From an uncultured Acidobacteriota bacterium (GTDB lineage Bacteria > Acidobacteriota > Thermoanaerobaculia > Thermoanaerobaculales > Sulfomarinibacteraceae), in assembly GCA_963823445.1 (NCBI GenBank), contig CAWGLT010000014.1, positions 199,472-263,471 of the forward strand: DNA of 64,000 nt, in the 5' to 3' direction. The position numbers were made by a program, and so were the translations under genes. Below the pieces are notes generated by a model. The model was not told the origin of the DNA, did not search any database, and worked only from the letters and a program-made list of their open reading frames with translations. This document shows, in pieces, positions 57,083 through 64,000 of this stretch (its first letter is position 1; every line of letters begins with the position of its first letter).

Positions 57083-58315
57083 GTGACTGCTGATCTCGTT
57101 TGGGTGGCTCTCTGCCTCGTGGGCTCCGGTTTCTTCTCCGCCTCGGAGACGGCTTTGTCGTCGCTGCCGATCACGCGGCTGGAGGCCCTGCGCCACACGA
57201 GCGGACGGCTGACCCGCGCCGGGCTCGACCGCTGGGCGAACGAGCCGCAGGAGCTGCTCATCACCATCCTCGTCGGCAACAACCTCGTCAACGTCCTCGC
57301 TTCGGCTCTCGCCACCCGGATCGCCTATCGCCTCACGAATGAGGGCGGACTCGCCATTGTCGTCGGCATCATGACCCTGGTCATTCTGGTTTTCGGCGAG
57401 ATCACCCCCAAGACCCTGGCCCAGCGGAACGCGGTCTGGATCTCGGCGCGGGTGGCCCCGGTGCTGTATCTCCTCGACGTCGTGCTGAAGCCGGTGAACT
57501 GGGTGCTGGGCCTCTTGACCCGGCTGTTGTCGAGCGAGGGCAAAGCGGCTCTCCCGGTGACCGAGGAGGATCTTCTCTTCATGCTGAAGCTGGCCCACCG
57601 CCACGCCGAACTGGGGCGCGAGGCGCGGATGATGATGGAGTCGGTCCTGCGTTTCCACCGCGCCGTCGCGCGCGAGGTGATGATCCCGCGGACGATGGTG
57701 GTGACCGTGCCGGTGAAGTGGAGCCTCGATGAGCTCAAGTCATTTGTCGCCACCACTCCGCACAGCCGATTTCCGGTGGTGGCCGATTCGCCCGACGACA
57801 TCGTCGGTGTCCTGCACGCGAAACACCTCCTGGATCTCGATTCGGCCGCGTCCTGGCGCAACCTCGTCGTGCCGCCGCTCTATGTCCCCGAGGGCCGGCT
57901 GCTGCCCGATCTGCTGCAGGATTTCCGCCGAACCGGCCAACATCTGGCGGTGGTCCTCGACGAGTACGGCGGGCTTTCCGGGATCGTCACCCTCGAGGAC
58001 GCCCTCGAGCTCGTCGTCGGCGAGATCGAGGATGAGTTCGACCGGAATCTCGAGACCGCGGTCGTCGAAGACGCCGAGGGTTGGCTCGTGCCCGGGTTTC
58101 TTTCGCTCAAGCGGCTCGAGGGTCTCGTGGGACGAGTCATCGCGGAGCCCGAGGACATCGAGTCCGTGGGTGGGCTCATCGCCGATCTCGTCGAGGGCGA
58201 GGTGACGCCGGGGACCAGGGCGCTGTGGGACCGGATCGAGCTGCGGGTCGAGCAGGTCGAGGACGGGCGAGCCACCCGGGTCCGGGTCGTGCGACCGCCC
58301 AAGCGCAAGCGATAG
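57083..58315 (+). CDS. CNNM/CorC/TlyC-type transporter (DUF21-CBS pair-CorC_HlyC)
   Basis: DUF21 N-terminus FFSASETALSSL, GEITPKTLA, CBS pair (REVMIPR...), and C-terminal CorC_HlyC-like domain. Confidence 0.85.
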   Translation: MTADLVWVALCLVGSGFFSASETALSSLPITRLEALRHTSGRLTRAGLDRWANEPQELLITILVGNNLVNVLASALATRIAYRLTNEGGLAIVVGIMTLVILVFGEITPKTLAQRNAVWISARVAPVLYLLDVVLKPVNWVLGLLTRLLSSEGKAALPVTEEDLLFMLKLAHRHAELGREARMMMESVLRFHRAVAREVMIPRTMVVTVPVKWSLDELKSFVATTPHSRFPVVADSPDDIVGVLHAKHLLDLDSAASWRNLVVPPLYVPEGRLLPDLLQDFRRTGQHLAVVLDEYGGLSGIVTLEDALELVVGEIEDEFDRNLETAVVEDAEGWLVPGFLSLKRLEGLVGRVIAEPEDIESVGGLIADLVEGEVTPGTRALWDRIELRVEQVEDGRATRVRVVRPPKRKR

Positions 58316-58340
58316 ATTCGAACCCTGATGGGCGGCTCTT

Positions 58341-58507
58341 GCAGCCCCGGCGTCCCGCCGGCGATGGCGGTGAACCGATGCGGGCAGGCAGCACACCTTC
58401 GAGACGCGGGCGCTCCAGGTTTGATTCCTTGGAGCGCCGGCGTCCCGCCGGCGATGGTCGCGAACCGATGCGGGCAGGCAGCACACCTTCGAGACGCGGG
58501 CGCTCCA
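58341..58507. repeat. Two ~77-nt REPIN-like doublets (period 90 nt), a variant of the array motif
   Basis: GGAGCGCCGGCGTCCCGCCGGCGATGGTCGCGAACCGATGCGGGCAGGCAGCACACCTTCGAGACGCGGGCGCTCCA occurs at 58431-58507. A near copy lies at 58341-58417. Confidence 0.8.
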
Positions 58508-58527
58508 AGGCGGCGATCGGACACGGA

Positions 58528-58977
58528 TCAGCCCGGAAGATGCTCGAGGTCGTCGAGGTCTTTGTAGCGACCGGCGGCGGTCTTGTTCAACCGAAGATCC
58601 TCCAGAGAGATCACGTTGACCGGGACGCCGTCGATGGTGTCGATGATCTTTCTCTGGAAGCACTCGCTAAAGGTGACGCCGGAAGCGTGGGTCATGACTT
58701 CGATTTTCATCGGAGGCACGCCGATTCTGACGACGCCGTCGTCGGCGCGAAAGAGCTGCGGTGAGATCTCTCCCGTGAAGCCGAACGCCCTCATGACACG
58801 GATCATCCTCTCGGCATTCTCGGGGGTGTTGGCGATCCAGACGTCCATGTCGAGCGTCGTTCGTGGATAGCCGTGATAGGCAACGGCGTAGCCACCGAGG
58901 AGGAGATACTCAACGTCGTGGTCGTTCAACGACCTCAAGAAGTCTTTGAAGTCTTGCGGAAGTTGCATCGAGCCCAT
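58528..58977 (-). CDS. Pol-beta superfamily nucleotidyltransferase-fold protein (toxin-antitoxin-like cassette member)
   Basis: NTase signature LLLGGYAVAYHGYPRTTLDMDVWI (GG...D.D). ~145 aa. Lower GC than neighbours. The true start may be ATG 58968. Confidence 0.6.
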   Translation of the reverse strand: MGSMQLPQDFKDFLRSLNDHDVEYLLLGGYAVAYHGYPRTTLDMDVWIANTPENAERMIRVMRAFGFTGEISPQLFRADDGVVRIGVPPMKIEVMTHASGVTFSECFQRKIIDTIDGVPVNVISLEDLRLNKTAAGRYKDLDDLEHLPG

Positions 58978-59158
58978 AGTTGAGCCTCCTCAGCATCTCG
59001 ACGGCTGCGATCCGTTCCTGGGGTGTTCTCGAGTGCCAGAAAGCGTCGTCGGAGCGGTCCGAATGCGACGTCAGCGTCAGCTCGTTCCGATTCAACCTCG
59101 GGAAAAGGCTCTCGTCGGCATTCGAATCATCGGTGGGTCGTGTGTCTGATTCGGACAT
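58910..59158 (-). CDS. Small hypothetical protein upstream of the NTase gene, overlapping it by 68 nt
   Basis: 82-aa ORF with acidic N-terminus and helical C-terminus (TPQERIAAVEMLRRLNYG...). Partner role is inferred from position only. Confidence 0.4.
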   Translation of the reverse strand: MSESDTRPTDDSNADESLFPRLNRNELTLTSHSDRSDDAFWHSRTPQERIAAVEMLRRLNYGLDATSARLQRLLEVVERPRR

Positions 59159-59260
59159 TGCGGGCTCCGATCGCGGTGTGGCGGCACGGGTTCCGTCGAG
59201 TCGATTCTACCGGAGATGCTGGTGGAACGCGGGTATTGCGGCCGGCGATGCAGACTTGTG

Positions 59261-59300
59261 GCGCCGGCGTCCCGCCGGCGATGGTCGCGAGCCGCTGCGG
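59261..59300. repeat. REP-like motif copy, direct repeat of 58434-58473
   Basis: GCGCCGGCGTCCCGCCGGCGATGGTCGCGAGCCGCTGCGG matches the copy at 58434-58473 at 38 of 40 positions. Confidence 0.8.
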
Positions 59301-59369
59301 TTTGGTTTCATCGCTCGCGGGGACGCGATCGCACCGGCCGCCCAAGTCGATCCGGGGAACTCGGAACGG

Positions 59370-59432
59370 GTGCCTGGCATCCGACGATTCGTCCGACGAA
59401 TCGTTGCGTGCCTGGCATCCCCTCCCATGGCG
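59370..59432. repeat. DR-palindrome-DR element, copy 2
   Basis: GTGCCTGGCAT CC GACGATTCGTC C GACGAATCGT TGC GTGCCTGGCAT CCCCTCCCATGGCG. Confidence 0.6.
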
Positions 59433-59743
59433 CTCCGGAAAGCTCGGAACCCAACCCCGGCCTTCTGGGCCGCCTCCGGCGACCCAGCGTCGCACGAGCA
59501 GCGTGGTCGCTCAGGTGGTCGATTGAAGGGTCTGCGACCACGCTGTTCGTGCGCCGGAGGCCTCCCCCTGAGCTTGGACATTAGATTTCGAGGCGCCGCC
59601 CGGGGGAGCCCGGCATCGGCATTGTGCGAGTCGGGTTGCGGCGCCGGGAGGTCGTTCCAGCACAATGCCGTGCCCGGCACGCCCGGTGAAGCGCGATCAC
59701 CTCGTGTCCCGGATCGGTTTCGGCCAACGGACACGGATCCGGG

Positions 59744-61228
59744 TCAGTGGAGGCGCGTGAAGGCCGGCGCGGGCCTCTGGAGATCCCGGCAACGCAGGAC
59801 GCGCAGGGTCCGGACGTGCTGCCCGTGGCGGTGGATCTCGATGGGCGGCTGCACCTCGACCTCGGCGAAGACCTCGGCGAGCTTTTCGTGCATGTCGCCG
59901 CGGCGGTCGTTGGCGATGAAGAGGAAATTCCGGCCGATGAGATCGTCCGGTTCGTGCCAGTAGAGCGAGGCCAGCCCGTGGAGGCCGTTGTTGATGTTGG
60001 CGAGGCGGGTTTCGAGCTCGCCGCCGGAGAGGAAGCCGACCAGGTGGACGTTGGTGTAGCTCGACGAAGCCACGAGCTCGCCGGGCTCGAGCCGCGCGGC
60101 GACCTCGCGGGCAATCTCTGAGTTGCCGATGATGGCGGCGGCCGATGAGGTGCTGACCCGACCCGGCCGGCCGGAGTAGGTCCACTGGATCTCGAGGAGC
60201 TTCTCCGGGAAGGCGACGATGGCGAGCGCCGTTGCCGACAGGGCCAACCCGAAAATCACGCCGCCGATGACGAGCCCGCGTCTGGAGCGGAAGTCGAGCA
60301 TCACCAGCATGGCGGTGGCGACGACGAGCCCCGGCGCGCCCCAGTGCGGCGACATCCGCGAGCGCAGGGCGAGCAGCCCGAAGAAGGCGAGGGGGGTGAT
60401 GGCGGCGACCACCGCCACCCGCCACGCGGGGTCGGTGCGTTTTCTCCCGATCCACCAGGCTGCGCCGAGGGCGACGGCGAGGGTGGGCGAGAGCAGGACG
60501 AGATTGGCGCCGAGGTACTCCCCGAGGTACTTCAGCGTGAATCCCGCCGAGGAGTGGCGGCCCTCGAGTTGGAAGAGGATGTTGTCCCAGTGGTTCTGTG
60601 CGGCCCAGATCCACACCGGTGCGGTGCAGGCGAAAGCGAGGAGGGCCGCGAGGTAGGGAGTGGCGCGCGTGAGGTGGCGTTTGCCCTCGCCCCAGATCAC
60701 CGCCGCCGCAATCGCCGCCAGGGCGAGGACCATGGGGAACTTGGCGAGGAAGCCGAGGCCGATGGCGAGCCCGAAGCCCCACCAGCCGCGTTTGTCGCCA
60801 TCCGCCACCGCCATGGCGGCCCAGGTCGCCGAGGTGTACGCCGCGATCATGGCGATGTCGGTGGAGGCGTAGGACGAGCCGAGGAGGACCAGCGGCGTCG
60901 CGTGGAGCAGGAGGTAGGCGAGACCGGCCTCCCGGTAGTCGCCGCCGAGACGCCGCACCACCGGCAGCAGAGTCAGCGCGATGAGCAGGCTCGCCAGAAT
61001 CGCGGGCGCGCGGACGGCGAGGCTGGTCTCGCCGAGGATTGCGCGGAACGGGATCATGGCCCAGATCACCAGCGGCGGCTGGTCGAAGTAGCTCCAGTCG
61101 AGGTGGCGCGAGCAATCCCAGTAATAGGCCTCATCGCCCGACACCGGGGCCGCCACCGCGATGACCACATGGAGCACAGTCGTTGCGAAGATAACGAGCA
61201 GAAAAAATCTTTTGTCGATGAGTTTCAT
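59744..61228 (-). CDS. Glycosyltransferase family 39 (ArnT/PMT-like, dolichyl/undecaprenyl-phosphate sugar dependent)
   Basis: N-terminal SGDEAYYWDCSRHLDWSYFDQPPLVIW (DE motif in first loop). About 11 TM helices. 494 aa. Confidence 0.8.
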   Translation of the reverse strand: MKLIDKRFFLLVIFATTVLHVVIAVAAPVSGDEAYYWDCSRHLDWSYFDQPPLVIWAMIPFRAILGETSLAVRAPAILASLLIALTLLPVVRRLGGDYREAGLAYLLLHATPLVLLGSSYASTDIAMIAAYTSATWAAMAVADGDKRGWWGFGLAIGLGFLAKFPMVLALAAIAAAVIWGEGKRHLTRATPYLAALLAFACTAPVWIWAAQNHWDNILFQLEGRHSSAGFTLKYLGEYLGANLVLLSPTLAVALGAAWWIGRKRTDPAWRVAVVAAITPLAFFGLLALRSRMSPHWGAPGLVVATAMLVMLDFRSRRGLVIGGVIFGLALSATALAIVAFPEKLLEIQWTYSGRPGRVSTSSAAAIIGNSEIAREVAARLEPGELVASSSYTNVHLVGFLSGGELETRLANINNGLHGLASLYWHEPDDLIGRNFLFIANDRRGDMHEKLAEVFAEVEVQPPIEIHRHGQHVRTLRVLRCRDLQRPAPAFTRLH

Positions 61229-61261
61229 CAGGGGTATTCAATCACGGCGGAAAGCCATCTC

Positions 61262-61529
61262 CAAGAGCTTCTCATCGCATGATTGAACCGCCAAGGCGCG
61301 GCCGAGACATCGCAGTTTTACCGCAAAGGACGCCAAGAACGCGAAGAACATCGCAAAGGACATCGCCTGATTGACCCATCGCACCATCGCAATCCCCACC
61401 AACCGGGCGCGACTACCAACACCCTAGTCAAACAACGTCTACGCGATGTGCGCGCCGCGATGGTTCTGCGTCTCTGCATCTCTGCGCCTCTGCGTTGAAC
61501 TGCGATGGCTGCGACGATCTCGCGCTGAA
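61262..61529. repeat. Intergenic repeat cluster: CATCGCA-rich left part, TCTCTGCG-rich right part ending in a 50-nt block
   Basis: CATCGCA-type motifs at 61262, 61298, 61350 and 61377-61392. The block CTCTGCGCCTCTGCGTTGAACTGCGATGGCTGCGACGATCTCGCGCTGAA lies at 61480-61529. Confidence 0.7.
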
Positions 61530-61609
61530 ACGGCGTACCTGGCCGAAGCCGAAAGAGGATCCTTCAGGACCCGCGGCCTCGGCTCGTGTTGCTCCTCCCA
61601 CTCGTTCTT

Positions 61610-63424
61610 TCAGTCCGAGCGCTCCACGAGGTAGGCGGTGGCCTCGGCTTTCTTGGACGGCAGGTTGAAACGCAGGGTCCACCGGGAGTCGACCTTGAAG
61701 CTCCGGTCGAATGAGAACCTCCCGGCCGAGCGGTTGCCGAAACGAAGCTCGGCCTCGAAGGTGTGGTCGCCCGCCTCGATCTCGAAGGTGTGGAAGACCT
61801 TCGTATCGCCGCGAACGGTGAACTCGTACGGCGGCAGCCGCTCTCCGTCGAGCCAGAGGTCGACGACGCCCTTGCCGGACACCGAGTAGAAGTAGATGGT
61901 GATCTCGGCCGTCGTCGATTCGATTGCGTCGGTGATCTCGACATCCGTCGCCTTGAACCCGCCCGTGCGTTGGGTCTCGTCGCCCAGGCGAATCCGCTCG
62001 GTGGCGAGCTCGAGATAGTCGCGGGCGACCTCGTCATCGGGATACGCCCGGACGATTTGGGAGAGGATCTCCGCCGCTACCGAGTAGTTGCCGCCGCGGT
62101 AGAAGGTCTTGGCCCGCTCCCTGAGGTCTTCGAGATCGATATCCGGTTCGGTGGTCTCGGTGGTCTCGGTGGACTCCACGTCGTCGCCGACCGCCGGTTC
62201 GGCGGCGGCTCGCCCGGGCTGCTGCGGGGTCGGCAGGACAACCCCCTCGTCAACTGCCTGTGAAGCTGCCTGCTTGCGGGCGTAGTCGCCGAGGGTCATC
62301 TCGTTGTCGATGACCATGGTCGGCGCCTTGCCATCGGGTCTCGCAGCCGCCTTCTGGTCCTGTCTTCGGATCCGATAGCGGTGGTCGGCAACCGGACGTC
62401 CGCGCTCGTCTTCGAGATAGACGTGAACGAAGTAGTGGTCGGCGGTGCTGCCGTCGGTCGTCGGAGGAAACTCGAGCGCCGCCTTCCAGCCTCCCTCGGT
62501 ATTGATCAGATCGAACTCGCGAGCTGCCGCACCCGCGCCCTGGACCACGGCGCGGCCGCCGGTCGCAGCGTCCAACAACGCTCCCCCCGACACCTTGAGC
62601 AACACCGGTCGCCGATCGGTGGAGACATAGCCGGGGACGAATCTGGCCCTGATCTTTTGTTCCTGGAGAAAGCCCCAGACCCGCTCAGGGGTGATGGCGA
62701 AACCGATCTGGGCGACGCCGAACTTGGCGTAGACGACACCGACGAGTCTGCCGTCGGCGGTGATCATGGGGCCGCCGGAGTTTCCCGGGTTGATAGCGGC
62801 GTCGGTCTGCAGAGCCACCACGTTCCCATGATCGTCGCGGCGAAGCGAGGTGACCCTGCCGGAGTTGATGCTGACCTCGGGGAATCCGCCGCTGCGTGAG
62901 ACCCATCCCCGATCATCGAGGACGAGGGCGTCGCCAAAGGGGAAGCCGAGGACAAAGACCTCTTCGAGCAGACCGGCCGTGGTGTCCGGCTCGAGCTCGA
63001 GAAAGTCTGGGTTGGCCTGGCTGGCCTTGAGCAGGGCGAGGTCGCGATCCCGGTCAATCGCGACGACCTTGGCCAGCAGGACTTTCTCGCGGGGAGTCCT
63101 CGGTCTGACCACCGCCTTGATGGTGATCACGTTGACCTCGACGGCGACCCATTCGTCGCGAACCGGGACCTCGATCCAGTCCGAGACCACATGGCTGTTG
63201 GTCAGGATGTGGCCCGCGGCGGTGATGAAGAAGCCGGTGCCGGAGGTTGTGAATTTCTCGCCGTGGAAGGAGCGCTCGACTTCGATGAAGACCGTGGCGT
63301 CGAGCCCGGTCTGGATGGCATCGACCGAGAGCCCTCCCGCCGCGGCGATAGCCTCGGGTGCGGGGGCCGCCATGAGGAGACTCAGCGCGACGACGATGAC
63401 GGCCAAGCGATGGCGTGGGTTCAT
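61610..63424 (-). CDS. Secreted trypsin-like (S1/S1C) serine protease with C-terminal TPR-like and beta domains
   Basis: Signal peptide. Triad context TNSHVV, DLALLKA, GNSGGPMI. Start taken at MNPRHRLAVIVVAL. Confidence 0.8.
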   Translation of the reverse strand: MNPRHRLAVIVVALSLLMAAPAPEAIAAAGGLSVDAIQTGLDATVFIEVERSFHGEKFTTSGTGFFITAAGHILTNSHVVSDWIEVPVRDEWVAVEVNVITIKAVVRPRTPREKVLLAKVVAIDRDRDLALLKASQANPDFLELEPDTTAGLLEEVFVLGFPFGDALVLDDRGWVSRSGGFPEVSINSGRVTSLRRDDHGNVVALQTDAAINPGNSGGPMITADGRLVGVVYAKFGVAQIGFAITPERVWGFLQEQKIRARFVPGYVSTDRRPVLLKVSGGALLDAATGGRAVVQGAGAAAREFDLINTEGGWKAALEFPPTTDGSTADHYFVHVYLEDERGRPVADHRYRIRRQDQKAAARPDGKAPTMVIDNEMTLGDYARKQAASQAVDEGVVLPTPQQPGRAAAEPAVGDDVESTETTETTEPDIDLEDLRERAKTFYRGGNYSVAAEILSQIVRAYPDDEVARDYLELATERIRLGDETQRTGGFKATDVEITDAIESTTAEITIYFYSVSGKGVVDLWLDGERLPPYEFTVRGDTKVFHTFEIEAGDHTFEAELRFGNRSAGRFSFDRSFKVDSRWTLRFNLPSKKAEATAYLVERSD

Positions 63425-63516
63425 GGACTCCTTCCAAATCACTCCTGGTCTGCCGTGGTCTCAGAATATTGTACAACTTTGGAAGACGCCGGTCGGGCAA
63501 ATCACCTTTGCGGTGG

Positions 63517-63582
63517 CTCTGCGCCTCTGCACCTCTGCGTCTCTGCGTTGAATTGCGATGGCTGTGATGATCTCGCGCTGAA
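63517..63582. repeat. TCTCTGCG repeat plus the 50-nt block, second copy
   Basis: 63533-63582 is CTCTGCGTCTCTGCGTTGAATTGCGATGGCTGTGATGATCTCGCGCTGAA. It matches 61480-61529 at 46 of 50 positions, in the same orientation. Confidence 0.8.
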
Positions 63583-63590
63583 GCGAGTGC

Positions 63591-64000
63591 CTACCCGAGT
63601 TCCCGCTTCACCGCGTCGGCGAGGCGGTGGGCGAGTTCGTCGATCTCGGCCGCATCCTCGCCCTCGACCATCACCCGGGCCAGCTTCTCGGTCCCCGAGT
63701 AGCGCAGCAGCACCCGGCCCCGGCCGACGAGACGGTTCTCGACCTCGGCGAGGTCGGCGGTGATCCCGGGAAGCTCGTCGAAGGGCCGCTGCTCGGCCAC
63801 CGGGACGTTGATCAGGAGCTGGGGCATTCGGACGAGGTCCGAGAGCTCGGAGGTCCGCAACAAATCGGCAACCGCGCCGGCGAGGAGGTGGCTGCCGGTC
63901 AGAAGGCCGTCTCCGGAAACCGAGTAGTGCGAGCAGATGATGTGTCCCGACTGTTCGCCGCCGAGGACGATCCCGTCTTCGGCCATGGCGAGCCAGACGG
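63591..64000 (-). CDS. glmM: Phosphoglucosamine mutase, C-terminal part (gene continues beyond the window)
   Basis: GGEQSGHIICSHY and RVLLRYSGTEKLARVMVEGED are GlmM hallmarks. Stop at 63591-63593. Confidence 0.9.
   Translation of the reverse strand, partial: VWLAMAEDGIVLGGEQSGHIICSHYSVSGDGLLTGSHLLAGAVADLLRTSELSDLVRMPQLLINVPVAEQRPFDELPGITADLAEVENRLVGRGRVLLRYSGTEKLARVMVEGEDAAEIDELAHRLADAVKRELG

Noticed and set aside
58528-59158. Confident call of a specific toxin-antitoxin family (e.g. AbiEii/MNT-HEPN).
   Set aside because: Only the generic GG...D.D nucleotidyltransferase motif is visible. No HEPN Rx4-6H motif or AbiEi-like partner was recognised. Kept as a low-confidence TA-like cassette.

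Overview
This is a high-GC bacterial window (roughly two-thirds GC by eye) that is densely coding, with about 50 CDS. I saw no rRNA, tRNA, CRISPR-cas, transposase, integrase or recognisable defence genes. The content is mostly core or envelope functions. There is a type IV pilus minor-pilin operon with two giant PilY1-like proteins (251-9989), followed by two unknown proteins and a double M16 peptidase. Next come a Ser/Thr kinase with an MBL hydrolase, and a MoxR-DUF58-DUF4381-BatA-BatB/C-BatD aerotolerance-type operon. Then GAF-GGDEF, HtrA, DUF3467, an eIF2B-like protein, tgt-yajC-secD-secF, relA/spoT and rpmB. pilMNOPQ is followed by lipoproteins, a TPR protein and a Roadblock protein. The rest comprises accB-accC, aroK, a phosphoesterase, a HEAT-cyclophilin-thioredoxin-like fusion, a 2-hydroxyacid dehydrogenase, a hydrolase, mrp, a CorC-type transporter, a small low-GC nucleotidyltransferase cassette, a GT39 glycosyltransferase, an S1 protease and partial glmM. 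I did not find a convincing new multi-gene protein system. The strongest unexplained signals are non-coding. (1) A 1.2-kb array of 13 near-identical 96-bp units, each an inverted doublet of REP-like hairpins. (2) Related REP doublets with compensatory stem changes, which flank the low-GC cassette. (3) AT-rich heptad-armed palindromes at the ends of long gene runs. (4) Further intergenic repeat families. Separately, at least 10 reading-frame breaks are confined to three secreted, repeat-rich pilus or surface genes. All calls rest on motif recognition by eye, and no searches were run.
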